A stretch of 38,874 bases of DNA from a bacterium (lineage in GTDB: Bacteria > Bacteroidota > Ignavibacteria > Kapaibacteriales > Kapaibacteriaceae), in the NCBI GenBank assembly GCA_020050895.1, contig JAGVJW010000172.1, positions 1 through 38,874 on the forward strand, in the 5' to 3' direction. Position 1 is the first letter of the stretch. Each line of letters starts with the position of its first letter. Both the position numbers and the translations under genes were made by a program. Of the stretch, positions 36,253 through 38,874 are shown in pieces. The notes below the pieces were generated by a model. That model was not told where the DNA came from, did no database searches, and was given only the letters and a program-made list of their open reading frames with translations.

Positions 36253-36296
36253 AAAAGTAACACCCCCTGACCGTTACGGCAGGGGGTGTTACTTTT
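36253..36296 (-). terminator. Bidirectional-looking intrinsic terminator after the dehydrogenase gene
   Basis: aaaa-gtaacaccccctg-accgttacgg-cagggggtgttac-tttt. The stem is a perfect 13 bp and U-tracts are available on both strands. Confidence 0.75.
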
Positions 36297-36336
36297 AATA
36301 AAATTGTTTAGAATCTACGCTTGTAGACCGAATAGG

Positions 36337-37788
36337 TTACTTGACGACTGCCGCAGAGAATGTCTCGGTACCATCGGTAACAGTAATCATGTATGCGCCA
36401 CCCGACAATGCCGACGTTGAAAGCGAAACGTTTGTCAAAGTTGCATCAAAACGTTCGGTTGCAACAGTATTTCCAAGCATGTCTGTTAACCGAAGTGTCC
36501 ATGCTCCTGAAAACGGATGTGTAATTTCTACGTTCAGTTTGTCATACATCGGGTTAGGTCCATAGCGGAACGCACCTGCCAGAAGGCGCTCTTCGTTAAC
36601 CGACGTTGGAAAATGTACAGCCGGATTTTCAATCATCACAATGCGGCCATGTCGGGATTCGCCGAGTGTTATCAATGCCATTACAATCCGACCATCGTCG
36701 GTTACTTTGATATCTCGGATGCGCTCGATTTCGTCATTGTGTGAGAATACAATAAGGTGGTTTTCATCAGTCACCATTACATCATCACTTGGCCGCGTGG
36801 GATCTATGTTTATAACGGAGCCGTCATCATTAAGGTCGGCGACTACCATTCCATCCCATCCGATGGTACCTACTAAGAGAGAATTTTTCCAGTCAGGGAT
36901 GGCATCAGATCCATAGAATGCCACAGATGAAGGAGTGTGTTTAAACGTTGCCTCCGGACACTGCGTATTACGAACCTCGCCCTTGCAGTATCCTGCAGTC
37001 TTATGCCATCCGTAATCGGAACCAGGGACAATGCGATTAATCTCATCGAAGGAATATGCGCCCGGTTCCACCGAGTACATGGTACCAGCGAGTGTAGCAT
37101 GTTCGACGCCTATCTGCGCCATGCCTGCTGTCTGTCTTTGCCCATATACGTATACGTAACTGCTAGGGCTTTGCGGCTGCTCGGCATTGTAAAAAGGATT
37201 ACTTTCTGGTGCAGAGCCATCGCGATTCATCCTGATAAGCTTCCCTGTAAGCTTGGCGGGTGTTGTTGGATCGGAATTGTCGAACGAACCAACGCTAACT
37301 AATAGCGTGCCATCGGCCAGCATGAGCATCGAATGCCCATTGCGGCGCGGTACGTTGTCAATCGTCATTAACGTTTCCGGATTGCCAAGCTTAATTCCGT
37401 CAAAGGCACTTTTTGTGATAACGAGCTTGTTGTTCAGTGTGGTGTGCGAGAGGTAGACATACGGTGCACCCGTTGTGAATTCCGGGTCGATTGCAATTCC
37501 AAACAAGCCTGCTCGAAGTTGCTGATTCTTGGGATCGCGCGGTAATGAAATAAAACCTACCGAAGAAGATACTCCCGTTGGACTGACGCGCCAGATTGTA
37601 CCTGTCTCACGGTCGGTTGCCCAAATGAAGCCGTCGGCGTCGATTGCAAGAGCATGAGGGTCAATAAATGACGCACTAATCTCTCGAATTTCTAAAGATG
37701 TACCGCTCGATAACTCAAGCCGCTGCTGCGCCCTCACAACAGCAACGATTGAAATACAAGCGATCAGTAGAGCTAGAACAGATCGCAT
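36337..37788 (-). CDS. Secreted beta-propeller protein, PQQ-dependent sugar (glucose/sorbosone) dehydrogenase-like, with T9SS C-terminal sorting domain
   Basis: 483 aa with a signal peptide. Motifs resemble soluble GSDH-type propellers (GLFGIAIDPEF, HSMLMLADGTLLVSVGS, GKLIRMNRDGSAPESNPF). The C-terminal tail is ...WTLRLTDMLGNTVATERFDA...GGAYMITVTDGTETFSAAVVK. Confidence 0.65.
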   Translation of the reverse strand: MRSVLALLIACISIVAVVRAQQRLELSSGTSLEIREISASFIDPHALAIDADGFIWATDRETGTIWRVSPTGVSSSVGFISLPRDPKNQQLRAGLFGIAIDPEFTTGAPYVYLSHTTLNNKLVITKSAFDGIKLGNPETLMTIDNVPRRNGHSMLMLADGTLLVSVGSFDNSDPTTPAKLTGKLIRMNRDGSAPESNPFYNAEQPQSPSSYVYVYGQRQTAGMAQIGVEHATLAGTMYSVEPGAYSFDEINRIVPGSDYGWHKTAGYCKGEVRNTQCPEATFKHTPSSVAFYGSDAIPDWKNSLLVGTIGWDGMVVADLNDDGSVINIDPTRPSDDVMVTDENHLIVFSHNDEIERIRDIKVTDDGRIVMALITLGESRHGRIVMIENPAVHFPTSVNEERLLAGAFRYGPNPMYDKLNVEITHPFSGAWTLRLTDMLGNTVATERFDATLTNVSLSTSALSGGAYMITVTDGTETFSAAVVK

Positions 37789-37869
37789 AATTGCCTCTCA
37801 CGAGGAAATGTGAAAAGTAAGGCTGGCAAGTTACGGAAAATCAGATACCATGCAAGTGTTATTATTTGT

Positions 37870-38874
37870 TCAGGATAGGTCGGCTTCGGTTACGGTTGAT
37901 GTGAATTGAATGAATCGGCCGTAGGAAGGTGAGAGTGCCAGGATGTTTCCCCGGCCGATCAGTATAAACTGATGCCGAGCCCTGGTTGCCGCAACATTGA
38001 GCTTCCTGTCGATCACCTTTCCATCGATGGTGTACTCTGACCGTATTGATTCAAATTCCTCTGCAGTGGCAACGGCAGTGCCGTAGAGAATTACGTCACG
38101 CTGGCTGCCCTGAAACCGTTCAACTGTGTCTACGGTGATCTGACTTTGTAAATCTTTGCGGAGTAAAGAAGTTACAAGTGTGTTCTGAGACCTGAATGGA
38201 GTAATTATTCCAATCGAGAACTCACCTGCGGCAGCGGCCAGATCGGCGATTTCCGCAGCAAGGGCAGCCAATTCCTCGGCTTCTGTAAGGCATTGTTTGT
38301 TAGGGGGCTCGGTAACATCAATGAACATCGAGCGCCTCGGTATAACTGAATGCCATGGAGTTGCTGTGAGCGCCTGCTGCCAGGGATGAATGGTCTGCAG
38401 CTGATTATCGTAGCACTCGGCTGATGGGAACTTCATCACGTCGGCATGCATACGTCCCTGCGATGACAAGGCTGAGAAAGCCCCCTTCCATCCATTGTTT
38501 TTATAGAGCTGTACCATGCGCTCGAAGTAGGATTGGCCGAGGTTCGAGACGCCAAGGCTGTTCAGCAGGGGAGTGCCGACGCTAAGTGTTGATGCAGACT
38601 GCGAAACAACAGCTGGAAGTTGACACTGATCTCCGATAAGTATAGAACGTCTGACCTGGGAAAGAAGACCAACGATGTGGGTGTCGAGTACTTGCGATGC
38701 TTCGTCGACGATGAGCGTTGAAAAGCTACCGAACATCATGATTTCGGGTGAACTGTGGACGCTATGAATTGTGGACACAATGCACCTACACTTTGTTATG
38801 CGATCTGCTAACTGTGATGCTGACATGGTGTGGGCTAGGAACGGAATCCCGTGTTCGTGAAGGCTGGATGCAAG
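37870..38874 (-). CDS. Superfamily 1 helicase, Upf1/DNA2-like (AAA_11/AAA_12 type), C-terminal two thirds; the 5' end runs off the right window edge
   Basis: Motif II is LIVDEASQ, motif III ILIGDQCQLPAVV, motif V IGIITPFRSQ, then TVERFQGSQRDVILYG and motif VI LNVAATRARHQFILIG. The frame stays open upstream of the track ATG 38826 to position 38874 (...LASSLHEHGIPFLAHT-M...). Confidence 0.75.
   Translation of the reverse strand, partial: LASSLHEHGIPFLAHTMSASQLADRITKCRCIVSTIHSVHSSPEIMMFGSFSTLIVDEASQVLDTHIVGLLSQVRRSILIGDQCQLPAVVSQSASTLSVGTPLLNSLGVSNLGQSYFERMVQLYKNNGWKGAFSALSSQGRMHADVMKFPSAECYDNQLQTIHPWQQALTATPWHSVIPRRSMFIDVTEPPNKQCLTEAEELAALAAEIADLAAAAGEFSIGIITPFRSQNTLVTSLLRKDLQSQITVDTVERFQGSQRDVILYGTAVATAEEFESIRSEYTIDGKVIDRKLNVAATRARHQFILIGRGNILALSPSYGRFIQFTSTVTEADLS

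Overview
This is a chromosomal window of mostly housekeeping genes. It probably comes from an FCB-group bacterium (Bacteroidota/Ignavibacteriota-like). That taxon call is an inference from three proteins with T9SS-type C-terminal sorting domains, a DUF4295-like gene ahead of ribosomal protein genes, a long insert-containing IspG and a Cys-less L31. Gene order, left to right:
- A partial CDF metal transporter (missed by the ORF track because it runs off the left edge) and rho, both on the minus strand.
- A 29-bp tandem repeat array (A).
- A small ORF that is almost only a T9SS sorting domain, an LRR protein and tRNA-His.
- A translationally coupled operon: GH57 glucan enzyme, UbiA-type phosphoribosyltransferase, DprE1-like and DprE2-like genes (+).
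- dusB-tilS-hpt-ftsH (-).
- A T9SS-secreted surface protein, mpg, mreBCD and smc (+).
- Two orphan ORFs and aspartate kinase (-).
- DUF4295-rpmE-rpsR, tRNA-Gln, prs and rplY (+).
- A YceI / beta-barrel OMP / YceI cluster (+).
- gap-pgk-rhomboid-ispG (-).
- A second copy of the 29-bp array (B), inverted relative to A.
- yebC-ruvC (-), a T9SS-secreted beta-propeller dehydrogenase (-) and a partial SF1 helicase (-).

I saw no transposase, integrase, CRISPR array, reverse transcriptase or recognisable defence operon. Two things stand out:
1. Two near-identical (28/29 nt per unit) 29-bp tandem arrays lie in inverted orientation 32.7 kb apart. Each points at a downstream operon, and each unit looks like a promoter module.
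2. A decaprenyl-phospho-arabinose-type lipid-sugar operon is fused to a GH57 gene in a non-actinobacterial context.

Functional calls rest on motif recognition in the supplied translations. No database search was run.
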